Positions 50,566-61,490 of a stretch of 64,000 bases of DNA are shown here, in pieces. This DNA comes from an uncultured Candidatus Rokubacteria bacterium (GTDB lineage Bacteria; Methylomirabilota; Methylomirabilia; Rokubacteriales; DASRDR01): assembly GCA_963799055.1 (NCBI GenBank), contig CAWCVP010000013.1, forward strand, positions 7,866 to 71,865. The letters run 5' to 3'. Within the stretch, counting starts at the first letter, position 1. The number at the start of each line of letters is the position of its first letter. A model generated the notes under the pieces. The model did no database searches. It was given only the letters and a program-made list of their open reading frames with translations, and was not told the DNA's origin. The translations under genes were made by a program, and so were the position numbers.

Positions 50566-51549
50566 ATGCGCGCGCGCCGCCGCGGCCCCGCCCCGTACCT
50601 CCTGGCGGCGCTCATCCTCGTGGGAGCGGGCCCTTCGCCGGCCGCCGCCTTCGATCTTCAGGGGCATCGCGGCGCGCGCGGGCTCGCGCCCGAGAACACC
50701 CTCGCCGGGTTCCGAAGGGCCCTCGAGATCGGCGTCACCACGCTGGAGCTCGACCTCGGCATGACGCGGGACGGCGTGCTGGTGGTGTCCCACGATCAAG
50801 TGCTGAACCCGGACGTGGTGCGCGGGCCCGACGGCCGGTGGCTCGCCGCGCCGGGGCCGGCGCTCGGCGCGCTCACGCTCGCCGAGCTTCGGCGCTACGA
50901 CGTGGGCCGCCTCGATCCCAAGAGCCGGTACGCCCAGCAGTGGCCCCAGCAGGCGCCCGCCGACGGCGAGGGCGTCCCGACGCTCGCGGAGGTCGTGTCC
51001 CTCGCGCGCGCCTCCGGCCGGAACGTGCGCCTGAACGCCGAGACCAAGCTCCGGCCCGATCGGCCGGCGGAGGCGCCGCCGCCCGAGGTGTTCGCGAAGG
51101 CCGTCGTCGAGTTCTGGCGGGCGCAGGGCCTCGCGGCGATCGCCACCGTGCAGTCGTTCGACTGGCGCACGCTCGTCGAGATCCGGCGGCTCGCCCCCGA
51201 GATCCGCACGGTGTGCCTGACGATCCAGCAGGCCGGCTTCGACAACGTGCAGCAGGGCCGGCCCGGCCCCTCGCCGTGGACGGCCGGCCTCGACGTCGAC
51301 GACCTCGCGGGCTCGGTGCCGCGCCTGGTGGAGCGCGCGGGCTGCGCGGTCTGGTCGCCCTTCTTCCGGGACCTGACCCCCGAGCGCGTGCGGGAGGCCG
51401 GCGCCCTCGGCCTCGCCGTGATCCCCTGGACCGTCAACGACCGGGCCGACATGGTCCGCCTGATCGACCTCGGCGTGGACGGGATCATCACCGACTATCC
51501 CGACCGCCTCCGCCAGGTGATGGCGGACAAGAACCTGCCGCTGCCCTAG
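50566..51549 (+). CDS. secreted glycerophosphodiester phosphodiesterase (GDPD family)
   Basis: Signal peptide, then FDLQGHRGARGLAPENTLAGFRRALEIGVTTLELDLGMTRDGVLVVSHD...WTVN...GVDGIITDYP. Intact. Confidence 0.85.
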   Translation: MRARRRGPAPYLLAALILVGAGPSPAAAFDLQGHRGARGLAPENTLAGFRRALEIGVTTLELDLGMTRDGVLVVSHDQVLNPDVVRGPDGRWLAAPGPALGALTLAELRRYDVGRLDPKSRYAQQWPQQAPADGEGVPTLAEVVSLARASGRNVRLNAETKLRPDRPAEAPPPEVFAKAVVEFWRAQGLAAIATVQSFDWRTLVEIRRLAPEIRTVCLTIQQAGFDNVQQGRPGPSPWTAGLDVDDLAGSVPRLVERAGCAVWSPFFRDLTPERVREAGALGLAVIPWTVNDRADMVRLIDLGVDGIITDYPDRLRQVMADKNLPLP

Positions 51550-51587
51550 CGGCCACGCGATGCGATCGGGGACGGGGGCGGCGCGGC

Positions 51588-52635
51588 GTGAGTGACTCGC
51601 GGGACGGCGCGCGCGCCGCCCGCGAGCGGGCGCGGCGGCTCCTCGAGGCGACCGACCTCGTGGACCTCCACATCCACGTCGGCGCCGCGGTGGCGCCGCA
51701 CGTGCTTGTGGGAGATCGCCCACGACCACGGGTTCAAGCTGCCGGTGAAGACCTACCCGGAGTTCCAGGACCTCGTCTACGCCGATCCGGACCGCGTCAC
51801 CTCGCTCGACACCTACCTCGACATCCTCCACCGCTGGACCGAGCGGATCCAGTCGTCGCCGGCGGCCATCGAGCGGTCCGTCTACTCGATCATCGGCAAG
51901 GAGTACCGCTCCTCGCGCGTGTCGACCATCGAGCTGCGCTTCAACCCCATGAAGCGGAACCTGGGCGGGGAGCGGGACCTCGACCACATCATCGCCGCCG
52001 CCATCCGGGGGATGGAGCGCGCCTGCCTCGCCTACGGGATCCGGGCCGGACTGATCTTCTGCCTCGCCCGCGAGTTCGACTACGAGCTCAACGACATCAT
52101 CGTCCGCAAGGCCGAGCGCTACCGGGACCGCGGCGTGGTGGGCATCGACCTCGCCGGACCCGAGCAGCACACGCTCGAGTTCGGGGGCGACGTGGACCGC
52201 TATCGCGACCTCTTCGCCCGGGCGCGCGCCGCCGGGCTCGGCACGACCATCCACACCGGGGAGACCTCGCACACGGGCGCCGACGGCGTCTTCGCCGTGC
52301 TCGAGAAGCTCCAGCCCGACCGCATCGGCCACGGGATCGCCGCCGCGCGCAGCGAGGAGCTGATGCGCCGCCTCGGCGACCAGGGCACGGTGCTCGAGCT
52401 GTGCCCGTCGTCGAATCTCCGCACGCGCGCCGTCTCGGGCTGGGACGAGTTCCGGGAGGTCTACCAGCGCCTGCGGGACGCCGGCGTGCGGACGACGATC
52501 AACACCGACGGCACCTACCTGCTCCGGACGACGCTCCGCCACGAGTTCGAGCTGCTCCTGGCGCACGACGTCCTGAGCCTCGACGACGTGCCGCGCGTCA
52601 TCGAGACCGCCCGGCAGGCCAGCTTCGTCCGGTAG
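51588..52635 (+). CDS. adenosine/AMP deaminase-family metallohydrolase; 1-nt insertion near 51705
   Basis: VSDSRDG...LVDLHIHVGAAVAPHVL (frame 3) continues as WEIAHDHGFKLP...IDLAGPE...HTGE...RIGHG...LCPSSN...TINTDG (ORF 51592..52635). Confidence 0.8.
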
Positions 52636-52666
52636 CGGCCCCCAACCCCAAACAACGGAGGAGCAC

Positions 52667-53115
52667 GTGAAGCGCCAGGTCATCAGCACCGACAAGGGTC
52701 CCCGGACGGGTCTCCCCTACTCGCAGGCCATCCGTCACGGCGACCTCGTCTTCGTGGCGGGCCAGGTCCCGCTCGACCCCAGCACCGGGCAGGTCGTCGA
52801 GGGCGACATCCGCGCCCAGACGCGCCAGGTCCTGGAGAACATCCAGGCGATCCTCGGGGCGGCGGGCACCTCGCTCGCGCACTCCGTCGAGTGCCTCTGC
52901 CTCCTCAGCAACATCGGCGACTTCGCGGCGTTCAACGAGGTCTACAAGGGATTCTTCCCGACGGATCCGCCCGCGCGGACGACGGTCCAGGCGGTGCTGC
53001 CGCGCCCGGGCTTCCTGGTCGAGATCCGCACGGTCGCCGCGATGCCGCCGCCGCGCGCGGCGAAGCGCGCCGCGAAGCCGGCCCGGCGGGCGCCGGCCAA
53101 GCGCGCCGCCGGTAG
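52667..53115 (+). CDS. RidA/YjgF-family protein with a basic Ala/Lys/Arg/Pro tail; 3' end uncertain
   Basis: PYSQAIRHGDLVFVAGQVPLDP.TGQVV.GDIRAQTRQVLENIQAIL...ARTTVQA...VEI. The track ORF runs on antisense to the next gene until 53977. A 1-nt shift in the tail would stop at TAG 53113..53115. Confidence 0.7.
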
Positions 53116-53119
53116 ACGG

Positions 53120-53908
53120 CTAGCGGCCGCGGAAGACCGGGGGGCGCTTCTCGGCGAAGGCCCGCACGCCTTCGGCGAAGTCCTCGGTGTGCCCGCTCTG
53201 GGCGATCGACTGGCTCTCGTGCTCCATCTGGGTCTCGAGGCTCTCGGTCGTCGAGAGATGCAGGAGGCGCTTGCCGCGCCCGAGGGCGAGGGTCGGCCCC
53301 TGGGCCAGCTCGGCGGCCAGGCGTCGCACCGCGTCCGGGAACTCCGCGTCGGCCACGACGCGCGTCGCGAGCCCCCACTCCACGGCTTCCTTCGCGGTGA
53401 GGACGCGGTTCGTGTAGAAGAGCTCGACCGCGCGGCGGATGCCGCAGAGCCGCGGCAGCCAGTAGGTCGAGGAGCCGTCCGGCGTGGCGGCGATGCGGGA
53501 GTACGCCATGGTGAACCGGGCCGACTCGGCGGCGATCACGAGATCGCCGGCCAGGGCGAGCGCGAGCCCGCCGCCGGCGGCCACGCCGTTGACGGCCGTG
53601 ATCACGGGCTTCGGCGTCCGCACGAGGCGGGAGACCACGCCGTGGATGTAGGTGGTCAGCTCCTTCAGGAGCACCCCGATCCGCGGCAGGTCCTGCGCGA
53701 AGTCCTTGACGTCGCCGCCGCCGCAGAAGGCCTTGCCCGCGCCGGTGAGGACGACGCAGCGCACCGCCGGGTCCTCGTCCACCGCGAGGACCGCCCCGAA
53801 GAGCTCGCGCGCCAGCGCGAGGGTGAGGGCGTTGTACGCGTCCGGCCGCGCGAGCGTGATCGTCGCGACACCCTGGGCCACGTCGAGCCGTATCGTGTCG
53901 TAGGGCAT
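53120..53908 (-). CDS. enoyl-CoA hydratase/isomerase (crotonase) family protein
   Basis: ITLARPDAYNAL...VVLTGAGKAFCGGGDV...AVNGVAAGGGLALALAGD. 262 aa, intact. Confidence 0.85.
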   Translation of the reverse strand: MPYDTIRLDVAQGVATITLARPDAYNALTLALARELFGAVLAVDEDPAVRCVVLTGAGKAFCGGGDVKDFAQDLPRIGVLLKELTTYIHGVVSRLVRTPKPVITAVNGVAAGGGLALALAGDLVIAAESARFTMAYSRIAATPDGSSTYWLPRLCGIRRAVELFYTNRVLTAKEAVEWGLATRVVADAEFPDAVRRLAAELAQGPTLALGRGKRLLHLSTTESLETQMEHESQSIAQSGHTEDFAEGVRAFAEKRPPVFRGR

Positions 53909-54048
53909 CCCATCTCCTCGCTTGGGGTCCGACCCCTCGGGCGCCGAGTGGAGGTCCGGTGCGGCGCCGAGGCCTGACCCCGGCGCGCCCCAATTCTGCC
54001 ACGCCGCCGCGCGCCGGTCAGGATGACGGGTCCTCGGTTCGGGGTAGA

Positions 54049-55170
54049 ATGGGCGCCGTGACCCAGCGCGCGACCTGGCTCGTCGCCGTCGTCCTGGTGG
54101 TCGGCCTCCTGATCGTCGGCGGTCTCGTCTCGATCCGGGTCGACCTGCACCCGCCGCGGTGGGCGGCGGCCGAGTTCTGGACCAACGCGCCGAAGGACGG
54201 GCCGCTCCAGCCGGCCTTCCAGCTCTGGGTCGACCTCGCCAAGGCGGCCCGGCCGGCCGTCGTCAACGTCAGCACGCAGGGGCGCGGCGCCGACCCGCGG
54301 GCCGAGTTCTTCCGCCGCTTCTTCGAAGGGACGCCGCCGGGCGGGCAGAAATCGAGCCTCGGCTCCGGGTTCGTCATCTCGACCGACGGCTACGTCGTGA
54401 CCAACAACCACGTCGTGGCGGGCGGCGGCGACATCAGCGTGCGTCTCTCCCGGGGCGGCGAGTATCCCGCGCGGATCGTGGGCACCGACCCGCCCACCGA
54501 CCTCGCGCTCCTCAAGATCGACGCGTCGAAGCTGATCGCCCTCCCGCTCGGCGACTCGGACCAGCTCGAGGTGGGCGAGCCCGTCATGGCCATCGGCAAT
54601 CCCTTCGGGCTCGACCAGACGGTGACGACCGGCATCGTGAGCGCCAAGGAGCGCTTCATCGGGAGCGGCCCCTACGACGAGTTCGTCCAGACCGACGCGT
54701 CCATCAATCCGGGCAACTCGGGCGGGCCGCTGATCGACAGCCGCGGCGCCGTGGTCGGGATCAACAGCGCGATCTTCTCCCAGTCGGGCGGCTCCATCGG
54801 CATCGGCTTCGCGATCCCGGTGAACCTCGCCAAGACGGTGCTGCTCCAGCTCCGGGACCGTGGCGGGGTGGTCCGCGGGTACCTGGGCGTGTCCGTCCGG
54901 CCGGTCGCGCCGGACGCGACCGAGGCCGAGCAGAAGGGCGTCGCCGTCGAGAGCGTCGTCGAGGGCGCGCCCGCCGAGCGGGCCGGCGTGCGCAAGGGCG
55001 ACGTCATCGTCGCGGTCAACAACCAGCCGATCGTCACGCCGCCGGAGCTGACCCGGCGCATCGTCGGGATGGCGCCGGGCACGCGCGTCGAGCTATCGGT
55101 GGTCCGCGACGGCAAGTCGCTCAAGATCCCGGTCGAGCTCGGCCGCCGCCCCGAGCCGCCGTCCCGCTGA
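54049..55170 (+). CDS. HtrA/DegP-family periplasmic serine protease with one PDZ domain
   Basis: TM anchor. GSGFVISTDGYVVTNNHVV, DLALLKI, TDASINPGNSGGPL. PDZ domain (GVAVESVVEGAPAERAGVRKGDVIVAVN). Intact. Confidence 0.9.
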   Translation: MGAVTQRATWLVAVVLVVGLLIVGGLVSIRVDLHPPRWAAAEFWTNAPKDGPLQPAFQLWVDLAKAARPAVVNVSTQGRGADPRAEFFRRFFEGTPPGGQKSSLGSGFVISTDGYVVTNNHVVAGGGDISVRLSRGGEYPARIVGTDPPTDLALLKIDASKLIALPLGDSDQLEVGEPVMAIGNPFGLDQTVTTGIVSAKERFIGSGPYDEFVQTDASINPGNSGGPLIDSRGAVVGINSAIFSQSGGSIGIGFAIPVNLAKTVLLQLRDRGGVVRGYLGVSVRPVAPDATEAEQKGVAVESVVEGAPAERAGVRKGDVIVAVNNQPIVTPPELTRRIVGMAPGTRVELSVVRDGKSLKIPVELGRRPEPPSR

Positions 55171-55210
55171 CGCCCGCGCCCGAGGCCCGTCGGCCGCGCG
55201 GCCCGCGGCG

Positions 55211-55552
55211 TCAGTACTCCGGCGGGGCGTAGACGGTGAGGAAGAAGAGCGGGTGCGCGCCCACGCTCCGCACGTGGTGGAGCGTGCCGGCGGGGATGAG
55301 GACGAGCGCGCCGGGCCCGACCGTCACCGGCTCGGCGTCGAGGCGGACCTCGGCCTCCCCCTCGATCACGTAGACGATCTGGTCGGCGGCGTGCGTCTCG
55401 GCCGGACCGGCGTCCTGCCCGGGCGCCACGGTCATGACCGCGGTCTGGCTGCGCGCGGTCTCCTGCAGCACGCGGAAGTAGTCGCCCCGGTGGTCGCCGG
55501 GCCGGACGACGAGCGCGCCGCGGCGGAGCGGACCCTTCTTCATCGCGTGCAC
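55211..55552 (-). CDS. cupin-domain protein
   Basis: 113 aa. HAADQIVYVIEGEAEV...GALVLIPAGTLHHV double-motif cupin pattern. Intact. Confidence 0.75.
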   Translation of the reverse strand: MHAMKKGPLRRGALVVRPGDHRGDYFRVLQETARSQTAVMTVAPGQDAGPAETHAADQIVYVIEGEAEVRLDAEPVTVGPGALVLIPAGTLHHVRSVGAHPLFFLTVYAPPEY

Positions 55553-55673
55553 ACGATCTTACCGCCGATGTTCTCGCAGTTGGCCAGGCTCTGCCAGGGC
55601 CACGCGCGCGCCACGGGCCCGCGCGAAGGTCCACCCGCCGGTCCTCCGGTGCTCATGCGGATCACCTGCATCG

Positions 55674-56484
55674 CTACGCGGGCGTCCCGGCGAGCCCGCC
55701 GGACGGCACCCGGGGCAGCCCCGCGAGAAACTCCCGGATCGCGGCGTTGACCGCCGCGGGCTGCTCCAGCTGGGGGAAGTGCCCGGCGTCGGCGATCTCG
55801 ACCAGGCGCGCCCCGCCGATCGCCGCCGCCAGGAGGCGGCCGGAGGCCACGGGGGTGAGGCGGTCCTCGGTCCCCGCGACGACGAGCGTGGGCGTCCGGA
55901 TGGCGCCGAGCCGCGGCCGCACGTCGAACCGGTCACACGCCAGGTAGTCGCCCAGCGTCACCAGCGGCGCGCCCGCCCGGAGGACGCGGTCCACCATCGC
56001 GACGCGATCCGGAGGCGTCGCCGCCGCGTACGAGAGCCTCTCGATCAGGCCGAAGCCCTCCGCGGGGCGCTGGCGCAGGAGCTCGAGGACGCGGGCCAGC
56101 ACCTGGAGCCGCGCGCCCGTCCCGACGAGGATCAGGCCCGCGAGACGCTCCGGCCGCGCGAGCGCGACGGTCTGAGCGATCGCGCCGCCCATCGAGTGGC
56201 CGACGACCACGACGGGCTCGTCGCCGAGGGCGTCGAGGAAGCCGTCGACCCAGTCCGCGTAGGCGGCGATGCTCTGACTGCCGCGGCCCCGCTGCGGCCC
56301 GTGACCCGGCAGGTCGAGCGCCACGACGCGCGCCAGGTCGGTGAGCCCCTCGAGCTGCGGTTGCCAGAGATCCGCGCTCCCGCCCGCCCCGTGGATCAGG
56401 ACGAGCGGCGGCTCCCGACCCTGCCTCGAGCCAGGCCGCTTCGCGGCCCGCGATGGACCGAGTGCGCCGGGGGAGCCCCGTCAC
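55674..56484 (-). CDS. alpha/beta hydrolase; apparent frameshift near 56415
   Basis: The GTG start overlaps the upstream gene's TGA (GTGA). VTGLPRRTRSIAGREAAWLEAGSG / REPPLVLIHGAGGSADLW...LDLPGHG...GHSMGG...AGHFPQLE. Confidence 0.75.
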
Positions 56485-57593
56485 AGGCCCGCGCCGCGCG
56501 CGGTGATCGGCCAGAGGGCCTCGACGCGGCCGCGGCGGACGGCGACATACCAGTCGTGGAGGTTGATCGTCGGGTCGCAGTGGCCGGGGACGAGCCAGAC
56601 CCGGTCGCCGAGCGCGAGCCCGCGCCCGTCCGCCTCGAGCCGAAGCACGCCGTGCTCGTCGGAGGCCCGCTGGTACTCGACGCCCGCGAGGTCCCGCACC
56701 CGGGGCATCCCCTTGTCGACCGAGAGGGCCTTGAGGCCGGCATCGACCACCGCGCGGTCGGCGGTGGGACGACTCATCACGGTCGCGAGGACGTAGAGCG
56801 ACTGCTCGAACTCCCTCGGGAACCCCTCGACCAGGCCGTACTCGACGTCCATGAAGCAGTAGGAGCCGGCCTGCACCTCGGTGTAGACCCCGCTCGCGGC
56901 CTCCCACCGGTACGTGCCGGTCCCCGCCCCGCTGACGGTCTCGCACGGCAAGCCGTGGCGGGCGAGGAGGTCGACCGTCTGGCGGACCTGGTCGATGGAC
57001 ACCTCCATCGTCGCGCGGCGCTTCTCCTCCTCGTTGATGTGCTGCGCGCGGCCGTGGTAGGCCTGGAGGCCCGCGAACCGGAGGTTCCGCTGCGCCGCCA
57101 CGTGGCGCGCCAGCCGGAGGGCCGGCTCTCCCGGCAGGACGCCGCACCGGCTCATCCCGACGTCGATCTCGACGAGCACCGGCAGCCGCACCCCGAACGC
57201 GCCCGCCGCCTCGTCGAGGTCGCGGACGTTGTCCGGGTCGTCGGCGCACACCGCCACCTCGGCCTGCCGCGCGAGCCCGACCAGGCGGGCGATCTTCCGG
57301 GCGCCGACCACCTCGTTCGACACGAGGACGTTCCGGACGCCCCCGTACACCATGGCCTCGGCCTCGCTCACCTTCTGGCAGCACGACCCCACCGCGCCCC
57401 GCGCGATCTGGTGGAGGGCGACGACCGGGCACTTGTGCGTCTTGGCGTGGCCGCGGAGGCGCACGGGAGTGCCGGCGAGCGAGGTCGCCATCCGGTCGAG
57501 GTTGCGCTCGTAGGCGTCCAGCTCGACCACGAGGGCCGGGGTGTCGATGTCGGCGACCGGGGTCCCCACGTCGGCGGGCGGGCGCGTCGTCAC
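56481..57593 (-). CDS. DSD1-family PLP enzyme (D-threonine aldolase / D-serine dehydratase-like, alanine-racemase fold)
   Basis: TPALVVELDAYERNLDRM...LRGHAKTHKCP (PLP Lys)...EIDVGMSRCG...VPGHCDPTINLHD. Intact. Confidence 0.8.
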   Translation of the reverse strand: MTTRPPADVGTPVADIDTPALVVELDAYERNLDRMATSLAGTPVRLRGHAKTHKCPVVALHQIARGAVGSCCQKVSEAEAMVYGGVRNVLVSNEVVGARKIARLVGLARQAEVAVCADDPDNVRDLDEAAGAFGVRLPVLVEIDVGMSRCGVLPGEPALRLARHVAAQRNLRFAGLQAYHGRAQHINEEEKRRATMEVSIDQVRQTVDLLARHGLPCETVSGAGTGTYRWEAASGVYTEVQAGSYCFMDVEYGLVEGFPREFEQSLYVLATVMSRPTADRAVVDAGLKALSVDKGMPRVRDLAGVEYQRASDEHGVLRLEADGRGLALGDRVWLVPGHCDPTINLHDWYVAVRRGRVEALWPITARGAGL

Positions 57594-57618
57594 CGGCGGG
57601 TCTCCTCCGCGGGCAGGC

Positions 57619-58689
57619 TCACAGGCGCGGAAGCACCTCGTCGACGAGCAGGCGCATGGACCGCGTCCAGAGCTCGCGCGGCTCCCACTCGTGGCCGATG
57701 ACGAGGAGCGTGCCGAAATCGCCGACGTCCTCGCGAAGGGCTCGAATGCGCCGGACCACCTCGTCGGGATCGCCCACGAGCCACGTGTTGTCGGCCAGGT
57801 ACTCGAGCGTGACCGCGCTGTCGGGCATCGCCGGATCCTGCTTGAGGACGTCGAGGCCGCGTCCCTTCTTGACCAGCGGGAAGAAGTAACCGGTCCAGTC
57901 GCGCCCCATCGGCCCGGCCAGCGCCTGCCGGCGCGCCTCCGCCGACGTCTCGGCGACGAGGACGTCGCGGGCGATGCGCCAGGTGGCGCGATCGGCCACC
58001 CGGCCCCCTTGCCGCGCCCCCGCCTCGACCGAGCTCCAGTGCGTCTTGAGGACGCGCGGCGGCACGAAGTTGATGCTCATCGGGATGTAGCCGCGCTCGC
58101 CGGCCAGGACCAGCGTGTCCGACTTCTCGGTGACGCCCGCCACGGCGATCGGCGGGTGCGGCCGCTGGTACGGGCGGAAGTGGAGCCGGAGCGCGATGTC
58201 CTCCTGCGGCTCGGGGACGCGGAAGCGCCAGCGCGGCGCCTCGTAGACGCCGGGCTTCGGGTCGTTCCAGAGGTCCAGGATGAGATCGAGCGCGGCGCGG
58301 GTGACCGTGCGGTGCTCGCCGCCCTTCGCGTCGAGCTCGAAGAGCTCGAGGTCGCCCGGGAACCCGCCCGAGCCCACGCCCCAGAGGAAGCGGCCCTGCG
58401 CCATCTGGTCGAGCTGCGCGATGCGCTGGGCCAGCATCAGGGGGTTGTGGTTCGGCAGGCACGAGACCCCGGTCCCGAGCTTCATCCGCCGCGTGACGCC
58501 GAGCGCCTGGGCGATGAAGAGGTCGGGGCACGGGATGTTCTCCCACTCCGCCGTGATGTGCTCGCCGACCCAGGCCTCCTCGAAGCCCAGCTGGTCGAGG
58601 AACACCAACTGCTCGAGGTCGTCCGCCATCGTCCGCCCGGGATCGGCCCCCGGCGGATGGAGGGGCATCGTGAAGTAGCCGAGGCGCAT
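57619..58689 (-). CDS. luciferase-like (LLM class) flavin-dependent monooxygenase
   Basis: GGAGG then ATG at 58689. MRLGYFTMPLHPPG...FEEAWVGEH...GTGVSCLPNHNPLMLAQRIAQLD...GVGSGG. Intact. Confidence 0.85.
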   Translation of the reverse strand: MRLGYFTMPLHPPGADPGRTMADDLEQLVFLDQLGFEEAWVGEHITAEWENIPCPDLFIAQALGVTRRMKLGTGVSCLPNHNPLMLAQRIAQLDQMAQGRFLWGVGSGGFPGDLELFELDAKGGEHRTVTRAALDLILDLWNDPKPGVYEAPRWRFRVPEPQEDIALRLHFRPYQRPHPPIAVAGVTEKSDTLVLAGERGYIPMSINFVPPRVLKTHWSSVEAGARQGGRVADRATWRIARDVLVAETSAEARRQALAGPMGRDWTGYFFPLVKKGRGLDVLKQDPAMPDSAVTLEYLADNTWLVGDPDEVVRRIRALREDVGDFGTLLVIGHEWEPRELWTRSMRLLVDEVLPRL

Positions 58690-58881
58690 CGAGGCCTCCC
58701 CTCGCAACGCGGGCCGGCTCGGGCCGGCCCACGCGTGACCCGGCTAGCCTACCACGCCACCGCCACGCCGTCGGTGACCCGGCTCTCGCCGTCGGGCCCG
58801 CCTCGCCTGACGGACCCGGCGCCGATGCGGTAGACTGCGCGCAGTCACGATCGATCACCCGCATCCGGAGGAGCGACCGTC

Positions 58882-59996
58882 ATGGCTGAGACCGGCAGGC
58901 TGGCCGCGTGGATGGGCGTGGGCAAGGGCTTCGAGATCCGCGAGTACCCGGTGCCGGACCCGAAGCCCGGCGCGGTCCTCATCAAGGTGGCGATCGCGAA
59001 CGTCTGCGGCTCCGACATGCACTACTGGAAGGGCGAGCAGGACATGGAGAAGCGGGGGCGGAAGCTCCCGCTCAACACCGGGCACGAGCACATGGGCACG
59101 ATCGCCAAGCTCGGCGCCGGGGTGACGACGGACTCGTCGGGGCAGCCGCTCCGCGAGGGCGACCGCGTCATCTACCGCTACTTCCTGCCCTGCGGCCGCT
59201 GCCGGGCCTGCCTCCGCCGGCAGTTCAAGTCGTGCCCGACCCGGCAGTCCAACTGGTCGGTGCCGTGCGACGTGTGGCCGCACTTCCAGGGCGGCTACGG
59301 CCAGTACTTCTACCTCGGCCCGAACCACGCGATCTTCCGGATCCCCGACGAGATCACCGACAAGATGGCCGCCGGCATCAACTGCGCGTTCACGCAGGTC
59401 CTCGCCGCGACTCGACATCGCCGGGTTCAAGGCCGGCCGGACGGTCGCGATCCAGGGCGCCGGGCGGGCTCGGCGTCTACGCGTGCGCCGTCGCCCGCGA
59501 GATGGGCGCGTCGCGGGTGATCGTGATCGACGGCGTCGACGAGCGGCTCCAGCTCGCCCGGGACTTCGGCGCCGACGAGACGGTCGACCTGCGCGAGTGC
59601 CCGACGCCCGCCGCGCGGATCGAGCGCGTCATGGAGCTCACCGAGCGGTGGGGCGCCGACGTCGTGATGGAGCTGGTGGGCAACCCGAACGTCGTCGACG
59701 AGGGCCTCCGCATGGTGGCGCCCGAGGGCACCTACCTCGAGATCGGCAACATCAACGTCGGCTGGGAGACGCGCTTCGACCCCGCGTGGATCCTCTTCGG
59801 CAACCGCCGGATCATCGGCGTCGCCCACTACGAGGCCGAGCACCTGAAGGCCACGCTCGACCTCATGATCCGGACGCGCGAGCGGTATCCCTACGACCGG
59901 ATCCTCTCGCACACGTTCCCGCTCGACCAGATCAACGAGGCGTTCCGCCAGCAGGAGGATGGCCATATCACTCGCGGCGCCATCGTGCCCGCCTAG
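58882..59996 (+). CDS. zinc-type medium-chain alcohol dehydrogenase; two apparent frameshifts (about 59410 and 59464)
   Basis: CGSDMHYWKG...GHEHMG...CGRCRACLRRQFKSC (frame 1), LDIAGFKAGRTVAIQGAG (frame 2), GLGVYACAVAREMGASRVIVIDG... (frame 3, ORF 58908..59996). Confidence 0.8.
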
Positions 59997-60061
59997 CCGT
60001 TCGCGCCGAGCCACGGACGCCGGGCGCACCAGCTGATCGTCGTCGTGGCGCCGTCGCGGAG

Positions 60062-61469
60062 GTGAGACGCGCGGTCGGTCCCTATCTCGGCATCGACTTC
60101 GGGACGACCAGCACCAAGTCCGCCCTCATCGACGTCGAGACCGGCGCGCTGACCGACGTGCGCCACCATGCGGCCATCCCGGCGAGCCCGGGACGGCCGG
60201 GCCGCTTCGAGGTGCCGCTCGAGGCGATCCGAGACCGCTTCCTCGACCTCTGCGCCGGCTACGCGGGCGAGCTCGCGTCGCCCCTCGCCGGCATCGTGAC
60301 GTGCGGCGAGATGCACGGCTTCGCGCTCGTCGACGACGCGGGGCGGCCTCGATCCCCCTACGTGAGCTGGAAGGACGAGCGCTCGCGCGAGCCGATCGCG
60401 GGCGTCGACAGCGTCACCCTCGTCACGCGCGCGCTCGGCGACCGCTTCCGGGCGATCACGGGCATGCGGGCGCGGCCGGGCCTGCCGCTCATGAACCTCG
60501 TCCACCTCCTGCGGGAGACGCTCGCTCCCCGACGGACTGCACGTCGTCTCGCTGCCCGACTGGCTCGCCCGCGCATGCGGCGACCCGACCGGGCTCGGGC
60601 ACCCGACCATGCTCGCCGGCATGGCGCTCTACGACCTTCGGACGTCGCGGAGCTCGGACGAGCTCGTCGCCCTCGTCCGGGAGCTGACGGGCCGCTCGGT
60701 GCGGCTGGCCGCCCCGGCCGAGGTGGGCGCGGTCGCGGGGACGTGGCGGCACGAGGGCCACCGGGTCCCGATGCACGTGGGCGCCGGCGACCACCAGACG
60801 ACGCTCCTGGGCGCCGGCGTGACGGCCGGGGACTGCGTCTCGCTGAACCTCGGCACCGGGTCCCAGCTCGCCGTCCTGGACCGCGCGAGCGGCGACGACG
60901 CCGTCGAGCGCCGGCCGTACTTCGACGGCGGCATGCTGCACGCGATCACGCACATCCCGGGCGGCCGCGCGCTCGCGACGTTCGTCGGCTTCCTCGAGGA
61001 CGCGGCGCGGGCCGGCGGCGCGCCGGCGCCCGACTTCTGGCGGGAGCTGGCCGCGCTCGACGCCGCTGACTTGGCCTCGGCCAGCCTCGACGTCGACCTC
61101 GCCGTCTTCCAGGGCGCCTGGGGGTACGCGGACGGCGGCCGGCTCGGCCGCATCGAGGACGGCACGCTGACCGTGCGGAACTACCTCGCATCCGTGCTGC
61201 GCGCGTTCGTCGCGCAGTACGCCGCGCTCCTGCCGCGACTCGACCCCGGGCGCCGGCTCGACCGGATCGTGCTGAGCGGCGGGCTCGCGCGGCGGCTGCC
61301 CGCGCTGCCCGGCCTCCTGGCGGCGGCGACCGGCTACACGGTCACGCCGCCGACGGTCTCCGACGAGTCGCTGCTCGGTCTGCGGGCGCTCGCGCTGGTG
61401 GCGAGCGGGCGAGCGCGAACGGCGGCCGCCGCCCAGGCCATCTTCGGCCGAGCCGCCGCCGCGAGCTGA
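60062..61469 (+). CDS. FGGY-like (actin-fold) carbohydrate kinase; apparent frameshift near 60525
   Basis: LGIDFGTTSTKSALID, GEMHGFALVD (frame 2), then PDGLHVVSLPDWLA...HVGAGDHQTTLLGAG...IVLSGGLARR (ORF 60609..61469). Confidence 0.65.
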
Positions 61470-61490
61470 CGCGGCGGACGGGCCGCGCCG

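Noticed and set aside
48880-52695. 1271-aa ORF on the minus strand
   Set aside because: Only the part corresponding to the N-terminal region of the CPBP protease gene (about 49860..50481) looks coding. The rest is antisense to the phosphodiesterase and deaminase genes and has shadow-ORF composition.
52667-53977. 436-aa extended RidA ORF
   Set aside because: Beyond about 53115 it runs antisense through an intact crotonase gene with shadow-ORF composition. The true RidA gene must end near 53115.
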